Shown here: in pieces, positions 46,386 through 55,601 of the stretch | How positions within the stretch are numbered: position 1 is the stretch's first letter | Layout: each line of letters starts with the position of its first letter | Assembly: GCA_963724535.1 (NCBI GenBank) | Contig: CAVRVD010000011.1 | Coordinates: forward strand, 43,201-107,200 | DNA: 64,000 bases | Direction: 5' to 3' | Source: an uncultured Actinomycetota bacterium | GTDB taxonomy: Bacteria > Actinomycetota > Actinomycetes > Actinomycetales > Kineosporiaceae | Notes under the pieces: model-generated | Told to the model about the DNA's origin: nothing | Database searches by the model: none | What the model saw: only the letters and a program-made list of their open reading frames with translations | Position numbers and translations under genes: made by a program

Positions 46386-48005
46386 ATGAGCGCTGACGCC
46401 CCCTCACCGTCCGATGCGGCACGGCCGGGCTGGACCGACGTCGAGCAGGTGCTGCTCGGCAACCGGACGACCCTCGGCCGGCAGCAGCTCAGCGACGCCG
46501 AGGAACGGTTCGAGCGACTGCGCAAGACCGTCGGCTGGTTCTTGGCGCCGTCGCTCACCCTGGTCATGCTGCTGCTGCCGCTGGGACTGGACGACACCCA
46601 GCAGACCCTTGCCGCCGTGCTGCTCGGTGTGATCGTGCTGTGGATCTGCGAGCCGGTTCCGATCCCGATCGGCGGGCTGATCGGGGTGGCCGCCGTCGTG
46701 CTGCTGGGCGTGGAATCGGCCTCGACCGTGCTCGCCCCCTTCGGCTCCTCGACCATCTTCACCTTCATCGGCGCGTTCATCCTGGCCCAGGCGATGCTCA
46801 AGCACGGCGTCGCCAAGCGGATCGCGTTCTGGATGCTCGCCCTGCCCGGCGTGGGTTCCTCGACGGTCCGGGTGATCACCATGTTCGGTCTGATCACCGC
46901 GATCCTGTCCGCCTTGGTCTCCAACACCGCGACCGTCGCGATGCTGCTGCCCACCGCCGTCGGGGTGATCACCGTGATGGCGCGACTGCTGCAGGACCGC
47001 GGCGAGGTTGCCCCCGACTTCAACCCGACCCGGCTGCGCGTGGCGACCGCGTTCATGCTGATGCTGGCCTACGGCGCCAGCATCGGCGGACTGCTCACCC
47101 CGGTCGGGTCGCCACCGAACCTGATCGGTCGGGGCCTGATCGAGGAGGCCACCGGGCAGAGGATCACCTTCGCTCAGTGGGTGATGGCTGCCCTGCCGAT
47201 CGTCGCGGTGATGTTCGTCGTCCTGGCCGTCATCCTGCTGCTGCTCAACAAGCCTGAGCTACGCGAGCTGCACGGCGTCGAGGAGTACATCCAGCACGAG
47301 AAGGCCGCCATGGGCCGGATGAGCCGGGCCGAGAAGAACACCGTGGTCGCCTTCGTGGTGACCGTGACGCTATGGATCCTGCCCTCGGTGGTCAGCCTGG
47401 TCTATGGCGCTGAGGCGGAGATCACCACGGCGGTGAGCGGGCGACTCAACGAGGGCATCGTCGCGATCCTCGGCGCCACCCTGCTCTTTCTGCTTCCCCT
47501 GGACTGGGGCAAGCGGCAGGCGACCCTGGACTGGGAGGACGCCGCGAAGATCGACTGGGGCACGATCCTGCTCTTCGGCGCCGGCATCATCTTCGGCTCC
47601 CTGCTCGACGCCACCGGCCTGGCCAAGACGATCGGGGACGGGGCCGCCGCCACCTTCGGGCTGAGCAGTGCCGTCGCACTGACGGTCTTCGCCGTCGTGC
47701 TGGCCATCATCATCTCCGAAACCACCAGCAACACGGCCTCGGCGGCCGTGGTGGTGCCGATCATCATTCCGCTGGCCACGGCGATCGGGACCGATCCGTT
47801 GATCCCGGCGATGGCCGCGATCTTCGGCGCGTCGTTCGGCTTCATGCTGCCCGTCTCGACGCCCCCCAACGCGATCGTCTACGGGTCCGGCCTGGTCCCG
47901 ATCACCAGGATGCTGCGTTCCGGCATCAGCTTCGACGTGTTGGGCGCCCTGCTGATCATCGTGGTCCTGCCGATCGTGCTGCGGGTCACCGGTCTGGCGG
48001 GTTGA
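46386..48005 (+). CDS. DASS/SLC13-family anion:cation symporter (di/tricarboxylate or sulfate-type transporter)
   Basis: 539 aa. 'GSPPNLI' and 'STPPNAIVYGSG' are the two inverted-repeat hairpin motifs typical of DASS transporters. Confidence 0.65.
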   Translation: MSADAPSPSDAARPGWTDVEQVLLGNRTTLGRQQLSDAEERFERLRKTVGWFLAPSLTLVMLLLPLGLDDTQQTLAAVLLGVIVLWICEPVPIPIGGLIGVAAVVLLGVESASTVLAPFGSSTIFTFIGAFILAQAMLKHGVAKRIAFWMLALPGVGSSTVRVITMFGLITAILSALVSNTATVAMLLPTAVGVITVMARLLQDRGEVAPDFNPTRLRVATAFMLMLAYGASIGGLLTPVGSPPNLIGRGLIEEATGQRITFAQWVMAALPIVAVMFVVLAVILLLLNKPELRELHGVEEYIQHEKAAMGRMSRAEKNTVVAFVVTVTLWILPSVVSLVYGAEAEITTAVSGRLNEGIVAILGATLLFLLPLDWGKRQATLDWEDAAKIDWGTILLFGAGIIFGSLLDATGLAKTIGDGAAATFGLSSAVALTVFAVVLAIIISETTSNTASAAVVVPIIIPLATAIGTDPLIPAMAAIFGASFGFMLPVSTPPNAIVYGSGLVPITRMLRSGISFDVLGALLIIVVLPIVLRVTGLAG

Positions 48006-48092
48006 CCGCATACCTGCCCACGAATGCCGCCCGGCCGGCCTCTCCTCGCCGAAGCCCGGCGGTGGCAGGATGCGACGTGCGGAGGTCTACCC

Positions 48093-49037
48093 ATGAACAC
48101 CGAGGCGTATCCCGGCGACGTCGTCGACGCCCGGGTCCGGCTGCCGCAGGACCGCCGTCCGGAGGCCGTCTACCACGCCCCGGCCCGGCTCACCGAGCAG
48201 TACGACCGGGTGCTCGGCCTCACCTCGAAGATGAACGGGGGAACCCTGGCGGGGCTGCTGGCCGATCTGGACGAGGCCGGGGTCGTCCATGCCGTGATGC
48301 ACGCCGAGTCCGAGGGCGGCGAGGACGCCGACGCACTGAACGACGCCCTGCGCCGGGTGCTCGACGAGCACCCCGGCCTCTTCACCGGCGTCGGCTGCGT
48401 CGACCTCGCACTGCCCTTCCCCGGCGCGCTGGGCCGCCAGGTGCAGCGGGTGGCCGACCTGGGCCTGGTCGGGGTCTGCATCGAGCCGGCCTTCTTCGGC
48501 TGCGACATCGACGACCGCCACCTCTACCCGACGTATGCCCGGGCCGAGGAGCTCGGCCTCGTGGTGGCGATCCACACCGGCATCACCTACAGCCGGATGC
48601 ACCCGCTGCGGCACGAGCGGCCCGAGCTGTTCGACCAGGTGGCCTGCGACTTCCCCGACCTGCGCCTGGTCGCCAGCCATGCCGGATGGCCATGGGCCAC
48701 CGAGTACGCGGCGATCGCCCGGCGTCACCCCACCGTGTACTTGGAGTTCGGCGCCATCGCGCCCAAGTACGTGGCTCGGCCGGCCACCGGCTGGGACGTG
48801 CTGTTCGCGATGATGCCCACCCTGTTGCGCGAGCAGGTGCTCTACGGCAGCGACTGGCCGATGATCACCCCGCAGCGGGCCCTGGCCGAGTGGCGCAGCA
48901 GCGGGCTGGACGAGGCGACGCTGGCCGCGCTGCTGGCCGGCAACACCCGGCGCCTGTTCGGCCTGGCCGCCCCGGACCACACCGCCCCGGACCACACCGC
49001 CCCGGACCACACCGCCCCGGACGACGCCGACCGGTGA
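48093..49037 (+). CDS. amidohydrolase-2 family metal-dependent hydrolase (TIM barrel)
   Basis: ATG inside track ORF 48024..49037. 'VCIEPAFFG', 'VVAIHTG', 'SHAGWPW' and 'YGSDWP' fit the ACMSD/amidohydrolase_2 pattern. The C-terminus has an APDHT x3 repeat. Confidence 0.6.
   Translation: MNTEAYPGDVVDARVRLPQDRRPEAVYHAPARLTEQYDRVLGLTSKMNGGTLAGLLADLDEAGVVHAVMHAESEGGEDADALNDALRRVLDEHPGLFTGVGCVDLALPFPGALGRQVQRVADLGLVGVCIEPAFFGCDIDDRHLYPTYARAEELGLVVAIHTGITYSRMHPLRHERPELFDQVACDFPDLRLVASHAGWPWATEYAAIARRHPTVYLEFGAIAPKYVARPATGWDVLFAMMPTLLREQVLYGSDWPMITPQRALAEWRSSGLDEATLAALLAGNTRRLFGLAAPDHTAPDHTAPDHTAPDDADR
48969..49028. repeat. 15-bp tandem repeat (gccccggaccacacc) x3 plus one diverged copy, at the amidohydrolase 3' end
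   Basis: Read directly; encodes APDHTAPDHTAPDHTAPDDA. Confidence 0.6.
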
Positions 49038-50572
49038 GCAGCATCTGCGCGCTCGCCGAGGAGCGGGCCACCGCCGTCGGCGACCGGGTCTTCCTACGCA
49101 TGGACGGCGCTGACCTGCGCTACGCGCAGTTCCACGAGCTCAGCCTCGGCTACGCCGCACGCTGTGCCGCAGAAGGCATCTCAGCCGGCGATGCCGTCTG
49201 TCTGATGATGCGCAACAGCGCGGCGCAGGTGGCGCTCTGGTTCGCGCTGAACCGGATCGGCGCGCTGCACGTCCCGCTGAACACCGCCCTGACCGGGCTA
49301 CCGCTCGAGCACGCCCTGCGGGTGGCCGGCCCCCGGCTGGTGGTCGCAGACGCCGAGCTGGCCGAGCCGGTGCTTCGTGCCCTCCGGGCCCTGCCCGAGG
49401 CCACCAACCGGCTGGTGCTGACCGATGACCTCACCCCGGACGCCCCGGGTGCGGCGCCCCCACCGGCACGCACCGACGACCTGGACGTGGCCACGTTGCT
49501 GTTCACCTCAGGCACCACCGGCCCCGCCAAGGCCTGCGCGCTCAGCCACCGCTACCTGCGCCGCCAGGGCGAGCTGCACGCCCAGGCCCTGGAGCTCAGC
49601 GCGGACGACGTGCTGCACTCCCCGTTCCCCCTGTTCCACATCGACGCGGCCACCCTGACCGTGGTCGCGGCGCTGGCCGTGGGCGGCACGGCGGCGGTCG
49701 GCCGGCGGTTCAGCGCCTCGGGGTTCTGGGACGAGATCCGGGCCACCGAGGCGAGCGTCTTCAACTTCATGGGCGCGACGCTGAGCATCCTGTGGAGGCA
49801 GCCGCCACGCGAGGACGACCGCGACCACCGGCTGCGGCTGGGCTGGGGGGTCCCCCTGCCCGAGTGGGGAGGGGCGTTCGAGGAACGCTTCGGTGTCCCG
49901 CTGCGCCAGGTCTACGGACTGACCGACGCCGGCGTCCCGGTCTACGACCCGGTCCGTGGCCCGCGCCGACCACCGGCCGCCGGCCGGGTGCTGGACGCCT
50001 TCGAGGTGCGCATCGCCGCGACCGATCTCACGGCGGGGACGCCGCCCCGCGAAGGGCTGGGCCCGGAGGAGGTCGGTGAGATCCACGTCCGCGGTCGGGA
50101 GCCGGGCCTGGTAATGAACGGCTACCACGGCATGCCGCAGGCCACCGCCGCGACGATCGTGAACGGCTGGGTACGCACCGCGGACCTGGGCTCGCTCGAC
50201 AGCGACGGCTTCCTCACCTTCCACGGCCGCCTGTCGGACTCGATCCGCCGCCGGGGTGAGAACATCTCCGCCTTCGAGGTCGAGCAGATCCTGCTCGAGC
50301 ACCCCGACGTCGCCGAGGCCGCGGCGATCGCCGTCCCCAGCGAGCTCACCGAGGACGAGGTGATGGCCGTCGTCGTCCTACGCCCCGGGGCCCGGGTCGA
50401 CCCCTCCGAACTGCACCGACACTGCCTGGCGGCCGGTCCGGCGCACCTGGCCCCGCGCTTCCTCGAGATCGCCGACACGCTACCGAGGACCCCGACCCAG
50501 AAGGTGGAGAAGTTCCGGCTCGCCGAGCGGGGCGTCACGTCAGCCACCTGGGACGCAGAACGGGGTAGGTGA
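49034..50572 (+). CDS. AMP-dependent synthetase/ligase (acyl-CoA ligase)
   Basis: GTG overlapping the upstream stop. 'LLFTSGTTGPAKAC' (AMP-binding motif I), 'YGLTDAG' and 'GWVRTADLG...DGFLTFHGRLSD' plus 'PRTPTQKVEK'. Confidence 0.75.
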   Translation: MSSICALAEERATAVGDRVFLRMDGADLRYAQFHELSLGYAARCAAEGISAGDAVCLMMRNSAAQVALWFALNRIGALHVPLNTALTGLPLEHALRVAGPRLVVADAELAEPVLRALRALPEATNRLVLTDDLTPDAPGAAPPPARTDDLDVATLLFTSGTTGPAKACALSHRYLRRQGELHAQALELSADDVLHSPFPLFHIDAATLTVVAALAVGGTAAVGRRFSASGFWDEIRATEASVFNFMGATLSILWRQPPREDDRDHRLRLGWGVPLPEWGGAFEERFGVPLRQVYGLTDAGVPVYDPVRGPRRPPAAGRVLDAFEVRIAATDLTAGTPPREGLGPEEVGEIHVRGREPGLVMNGYHGMPQATAATIVNGWVRTADLGSLDSDGFLTFHGRLSDSIRRRGENISAFEVEQILLEHPDVAEAAAIAVPSELTEDEVMAVVVLRPGARVDPSELHRHCLAAGPAHLAPRFLEIADTLPRTPTQKVEKFRLAERGVTSATWDAERGR

Positions 50573-50820
50573 CGCCCCAGTGCCCAGGTGGCCCTGTCCA
50601 CGTGACCGCTGGTCAGTCGTCCAACCCGGGAGCCCAAGCTCGCCCGAGCGCCTCCCTGCGGCCGAGTCGCGTCGATCAGGCACCCCGCGACCGGACCGCG
50701 ATGTCGTCACCGCCCGGCGCCGCGGCCGCCTCGCGCGACGAGCACGTCCATTTGGTCAAACGGTCCGCGACCCAGGCCTGTGTGCGCGCGTCGGGGCGGG
50801 CCGCAATGGTCCGCAACGGG

Positions 50821-51297
50821 TCACGACTCGTCCCGAGCGGGCGGCGTGGTCGGTGGCTTCTCGACGGGCTCCGCGGTCGTGTCCGTCGAGGACGCGGCCG
50901 CCTCACCCTTGCGCTTGTCGAAGGCCCTGCGCACGTCGTCCGAGATCTCAGTGAACGTCGCACTGAGCGCGTCGGCGACCGACCTGCCGGTCTGCTTCAC
51001 CTCGTCCTTGACGACGGGGTCCTTGGCCGCCGCACCGAGGGCGTCGAAGGCGTGCTGAAGGGCGTCGCTGACCTTCTCGAACGCCTCGGCCACCCGTTCC
51101 CTGTCGTCGTGCTCCTTGGGGAGTTCTCCCGTGGGTGCGGCCGCCTCCGGAGGCGCCGCCTCCGGAGGCGCCGCCTCCTGGGCGGCGGCCTCGACCTCAT
51201 CGTCCTCACGCTGCTGGGCGTAGTGCTGCTTGAGCGAGGACCCCAGGGCGCGGAGCTGGTCGCCTGCGTCGTTCCATGCCGACTTCACATCTGCCAT
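50821..51297 (-). CDS. hypothetical protein (charged, helical; EAAPP repeats)
   Basis: 158 aa from the Met inside track ORF 50821..51492. Contains 'EAAAQEAAPPEAAPPEAAAP', encoded by a 15-bp tandem repeat. Confidence 0.4.
   Translation of the reverse strand: MADVKSAWNDAGDQLRALGSSLKQHYAQQREDDEVEAAAQEAAPPEAAPPEAAAPTGELPKEHDDRERVAEAFEKVSDALQHAFDALGAAAKDPVVKDEVKQTGRSVADALSATFTEISDDVRRAFDKRKGEAAASSTDTTAEPVEKPPTTPPARDES
51141..51180. repeat. 15-bp tandem repeat (ccgcctccggaggcg) x about 2.6 inside hypothetical gene 50821..51297
   Basis: Read directly. Confidence 0.5.
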
Positions 51298-51469
51298 GGC
51301 TCCAGTCCATCGTGATGGGGGCCACTCGACCAGTGCCACAGGGCCCGGGGCGGGGGCGGTGGTGACGCACCCGGCCGGAGTCGACACGCGACGATGCCCC
51401 GGACCACGGTGGCCGTCCTCGGGCGCACGGGTGGTCCCGGCCACGAGCGGGACGTGCTGGGACATCGGG

Positions 51470-52354
51470 TCACAGCCAGGACGCGCACTCACCGCGGCCG
51501 AGCTCGGCCAGCCCGGTGAGGTCGCCCTGGGCGTAGCCGAGGACTTCGCGTGCGCGCGGGTACATCAGCTGTGACGGATCGTCGACATGATCGAGTCCGA
51601 CCAGGTGTCCGAGCTCGTGCAGGACGATGGCGCGGGCCTGGTCGGCGCCGTTGCGCTGCCCGAGCAGCGCGCCAAGCTGGGGGCCGTCGAGCTGGACCTC
51701 TCCGCCGACGTACACCGTGGGATGGCCTGGGGCGGCGACCTGGAGCGGTCCGGCCTGCCCCGCGACATCCCCGGCGAGGGCGGGGTTCTCCGAGGGGGTC
51801 TGCCACTCGATCACCACCGGGGTGAACGGGGACGCCGCGGCCGCACTCCACCCGTCCGTGGACGGCGCGTCGGCCGATCCGACGTCGGCGAAGCGCAACC
51901 CGCTCGCGCGAGACACCTCCTCGATGGCCGAGGCCAGCACCTGCGCGCCGCCGTCCGGTTCGCCGTCCCGGCGGACCACGAACTCGATGGTCCGGCAGGA
52001 GGGGAACGCGACCGGCGTGCCGTCGTCCTGGGTCGCCAGGAACCGGTACGAGGCGCCGGCACTGCCCTGAGCCGGGGCCTCCGGTCGGGCGCCCGACCAG
52101 GCGGAGCGCAGCCCACCGCCCACCGTCGCGAGGACGACGGCGACCACGATGACCAGCGGAACCACGGCACCGCGCCGACGCGAGGGGGGAACCTGATCGG
52201 ACGTGAAGTCCGCGGCCGCCACCGCGGGTGCACGGTGCGCCGGGCGTGGCGCGGCACGTCCCAGACGCTCGTCGATCACCCACTGGGGGATCCGGCCCGT
52301 CGGTGACCGGGGCAGATCCCGGGGCAGGGCGGGCTGCTCGTGGTCATGGCTCAC
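51470..52354 (-). CDS. membrane-anchored metzincin-like zinc metalloprotease
   Basis: 'AIVLHELGHLVGLDHVDDPSQLMYP' is HExxHxxGxxH plus a Met-turn. An N-terminal cytoplasmic region and a TM helix 'AVVPLVIVVAVVLATVGGGL' precede it. Confidence 0.65.
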   Translation of the reverse strand: MSHDHEQPALPRDLPRSPTGRIPQWVIDERLGRAAPRPAHRAPAVAAADFTSDQVPPSRRRGAVVPLVIVVAVVLATVGGGLRSAWSGARPEAPAQGSAGASYRFLATQDDGTPVAFPSCRTIEFVVRRDGEPDGGAQVLASAIEEVSRASGLRFADVGSADAPSTDGWSAAAASPFTPVVIEWQTPSENPALAGDVAGQAGPLQVAAPGHPTVYVGGEVQLDGPQLGALLGQRNGADQARAIVLHELGHLVGLDHVDDPSQLMYPRAREVLGYAQGDLTGLAELGRGECASWL

Positions 52355-52541
52355 GGCTGCCTCCCCGCCCTCGGAGCAACGACACCGCTTGAGACCTCGA
52401 CTCTAACCCGGCGCCGGATCGAGCACTCCCCCAAGCTGTCTGCGAGCCGGCGTCGGGACTGCGCGTAGTCTCAGCCGTGCGTTCCCCCGGCGGGAGAGGC
52501 CGTCCTGACGAACCGGCGCGACCGCAGCATCGGCGGGGGTC

Positions 52542-55500
52542 TCACCGCAGCCGCGAATCGGCGCCGGCCAGCAGCTGGTCGGCGTGCAGCAACGCCCGGA
52601 ACGGCCGCTGGTAGGTGATCGCCGCCAGGTGCGCGGCGTTCCGTCCCCAGATCCTCGGATCGTCCCCGATCCGGGTGCCCTGCCGCGGCGAGGTGCCGGC
52701 CACGGCGAACCGGATGTCGGTCAGCGTGCCGCCGGTCGCCACCAGGTGCCCCCAGCCGAGCTCGTCCCAGGACGGCGCCGGGGTGCGCAGGTCGCTGCCG
52801 TCCTCGGCGGCGGCATCCAGCCCGAACCGCGGCGAGGTCGCCGCCTCCTCGATCGCGACGAACCACCCGGCGGAGGCGGCAGTGCGTCTCGGGTTCTGAC
52901 GGTCCCCACGCAGGGTCGCCAGGTCCTTGGGCAGACCGTAGAACCGGGTGCTGGCGTCCAACCGGCCGAACAGGACCACCTCGGCGATCTCGTCCCCAGC
53001 CCCGAGCTCGGGGCCGCCGTCCAGCCACACCGCCCGGACCGCGTACACCCGGGCATCCGGGTAGCGGCGCATCAGCTCACCCCGGACCACGAAGACGCTC
53101 AGCGCGGACGCCGTGACTCCACTGACCTGCCCGCCCAGCCGCCGCCCGCGCCACGACGAGATGTCCGGGACGTCGTCCGGCCCGTCCGGTCCGGTGTCCC
53201 AGAACCGGTGCAGGAACGTGGCGGACGGCGAGGTGGGGAACTCCCGCCAGAGCAGCTCCCGGGCCAGCTCGTGGTTCGCCCCGGCGAGCACGGCGCACAC
53301 GTAGTCGTCGTCCGCCTCGAGCAGGGCGGCGCGGTCGACGGGCAGCGTCTCGAGCCCGGGAACCAGCAGCCGCGGGTCCCACCGGACGAGGTCGGCCGAG
53401 AGCGGGTCGGTGAACTGCGGCACGAGCTCGACCCTGGTCGGCAGGGAGTCGACCGGAACCAGCTCGGCCAGTGCCGGGATCCGGTCGAGGAGCCGGGCCC
53501 GGGTGGCGGGCAGCGGGTCGAGGGCGGCGACCACGACCGCCCGCGCGGCGGACAGGTCCGGGACGTCGCGCGGCGAGGGCGCCGGCAACACCGGGTCCAG
53601 AGCGTCCACGAGGGCGGCGAGGTCGCGCCCGGCATCGATGACGGTGCCCACCCGCCCGTCGAAGTCCACCGCGGACAGCGTTCGTCCCGTCGCGGCACGG
53701 GCGCTGCCCAAGGGCCCGGGTCCACCGGGTCGTCGCCGGCGGCCGCCGCGTCCCGGCAGGGTGGTTCTCGCCGTCCGGGTCAGGACCACCCGGGTGAAGG
53801 ACGTCGAGACCTCCACCCCCCGCGTCCCGGCGACGGTGGCGGCGCGCGTCAGCGTGGGTTCGAGCCGGATCGTGTCCGTGTCCAGTGCGCCGTCGTGGGT
53901 CCAGGCGCCGCTGGCCAGGGCCACCTCGGCGTAGGACAGCACCGCCGCCGTGGCCGGCGGCGCGGCCGGTGACGTGGCGGCCAGGAAGGTCGCGGTCGTC
54001 GCCTGCGCCGGCGTCGCGGGGGTCGCCGACGGCCGCAGCCGCACCTGCTCACCCCACCGCCGGGCCAGGGCCGTGGCCGGCCGCAGCGCCCGCAGGAACG
54101 CGGCGCTTACCAGGCCGCGGCCGGGCCAGGACCGGGCCAGGGTGGACGCCAGTGTCCCGACGCCGCCGTCCGGGGACGACACCCAGGGATGCAGCCGGGC
54201 GGTGACCTGGACGGTGGCACCGTCGTCCAGGGAGGCCACCCGGCGCGCCCAGGAGCGCCCCACCTCGACCGAGAGCAGGGCATGGTCGAGGGCCTGCTCG
54301 GTCTCGGCGATCGCCCCGGCCTGCGCCCAGGCCGAGGCCATGAGCGCCTCGGCATTGCGCCGGACCACCTGCGCGCCGACACCGGCCGGCGCCCGCAGCT
54401 GGGGGTCGAGGTTGAGCGAACGCTGCCAGCCGAGGGCCGGCTCAGACCGCTGCGGCACCCCCGTCACCCCGGTCTGGAAGGCGGCGTAGACCGGGGGGGC
54501 GACCACCGGGTCGTCCCGCTCCGGCTGGTACCCGTCGGCCGGCACGGGTGTGGCCACCGGTCGCTGGGCGGTCTCGTCGAGCAGCGGCTCCAGGTGGTTC
54601 TGGTACCAGGTGGCCACCTCCTCAGGCAGCGTCCGCCGGCTCACGTCGGCACTGCGCAGCGCGCCGACGAAATCGCCCGGTCCCGACCCGGGCACCTTCG
54701 GTGGCCGGCCGGCGAGCGGCGGGCCCGGGCGCGTGACGTCCAGGCCGACCCGCCCGAGCACGCTCGCCCCGAGATCGGGTTGCAGCCGGCGGGCCAGGGA
54801 CTCGAAGTCCCCGTCCGGTCCGGTGCGGAAGGTCCAGGAGTGGTAGACGGGCAGCCGGATCGAGGTCTCGGTGCCGGTCCAGGCCGCCTCGGTGGTCGTC
54901 GCGATGACGTCGGGTTCCCCCAGCCCGGCGTCGCGTCCGGTGGCGAACGCCGGGACGAGGCAGGCGAGCCAGTTCTCGTCGGGCAGCAGCCGCCGCGGGC
55001 ACAGCAAGCGGGCCACGGCCACGAGCGGGTCACCGGACGAGGCGCCGGCCAGGGCATCGGCGATGTCCGCGGCCGGAACCGTCGACTGGACGTGCGCCCA
55101 CGCCGCACTGTCGGCGAGATCGGGCAGCTCCTCGGAGGCTGTCGCCGGGACCTCGATCCGCAGCACCGGCAGCGGCGCGCCGACCTCCGGGCCGAGCACC
55201 ACGCCCTCCTGCGCGCGCACCACCACCAGCACCAGCCAGGGTCGCAGCCCGGACGCCGCCCCCGGGCCCGCGGGGGTGTACCGCCACGGCAGGTCGGCCG
55301 GGGCCAGTTCGACCGCGGCGAAGTACGGCGGCTCGGCCCCGACCGTTCCCGTGGCGGGGATCCGGCGGACGACGACCGCCGCGTCCAGGCCGATCACCTG
55401 GCCCGGGCCGTGCAGCCGGATCGGCTGGGCCACCTCCTGCTGTCCAGCGATCCGCAGCCACGGGCGCAGCGTGGCCCCGGCGGGCAGCGGTCCGGCCAGC

Positions 55501-55601
55501 GGGTCGGCCTCGGTCAGCACCCCGGTGGCGCCGGAGCGCAGCCAGGGCAGGAAGTACAGCCGGGGCTCGTCGCCGGGCCGGGCGGTCGGTGCGGGACTCA
55601 C
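52542..55601 (-). CDS. large uncharacterised protein (1019 aa), 3' gene of the M64-like peptidase operon
   Basis: GTG start preceded by GGGAGG at a 5-nt spacing. The start overlaps the upstream stop (GTGA). No motif I can name. Confidence 0.55.
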   Translation of the reverse strand: MSPAPTARPGDEPRLYFLPWLRSGATGVLTEADPLAGPLPAGATLRPWLRIAGQQEVAQPIRLHGPGQVIGLDAAVVVRRIPATGTVGAEPPYFAAVELAPADLPWRYTPAGPGAASGLRPWLVLVVVRAQEGVVLGPEVGAPLPVLRIEVPATASEELPDLADSAAWAHVQSTVPAADIADALAGASSGDPLVAVARLLCPRRLLPDENWLACLVPAFATGRDAGLGEPDVIATTTEAAWTGTETSIRLPVYHSWTFRTGPDGDFESLARRLQPDLGASVLGRVGLDVTRPGPPLAGRPPKVPGSGPGDFVGALRSADVSRRTLPEEVATWYQNHLEPLLDETAQRPVATPVPADGYQPERDDPVVAPPVYAAFQTGVTGVPQRSEPALGWQRSLNLDPQLRAPAGVGAQVVRRNAEALMASAWAQAGAIAETEQALDHALLSVEVGRSWARRVASLDDGATVQVTARLHPWVSSPDGGVGTLASTLARSWPGRGLVSAAFLRALRPATALARRWGEQVRLRPSATPATPAQATTATFLAATSPAAPPATAAVLSYAEVALASGAWTHDGALDTDTIRLEPTLTRAATVAGTRGVEVSTSFTRVVLTRTARTTLPGRGGRRRRPGGPGPLGSARAATGRTLSAVDFDGRVGTVIDAGRDLAALVDALDPVLPAPSPRDVPDLSAARAVVVAALDPLPATRARLLDRIPALAELVPVDSLPTRVELVPQFTDPLSADLVRWDPRLLVPGLETLPVDRAALLEADDDYVCAVLAGANHELARELLWREFPTSPSATFLHRFWDTGPDGPDDVPDISSWRGRRLGGQVSGVTASALSVFVVRGELMRRYPDARVYAVRAVWLDGGPELGAGDEIAEVVLFGRLDASTRFYGLPKDLATLRGDRQNPRRTAASAGWFVAIEEAATSPRFGLDAAAEDGSDLRTPAPSWDELGWGHLVATGGTLTDIRFAVAGTSPRQGTRIGDDPRIWGRNAAHLAAITYQRPFRALLHADQLLAGADSRLR

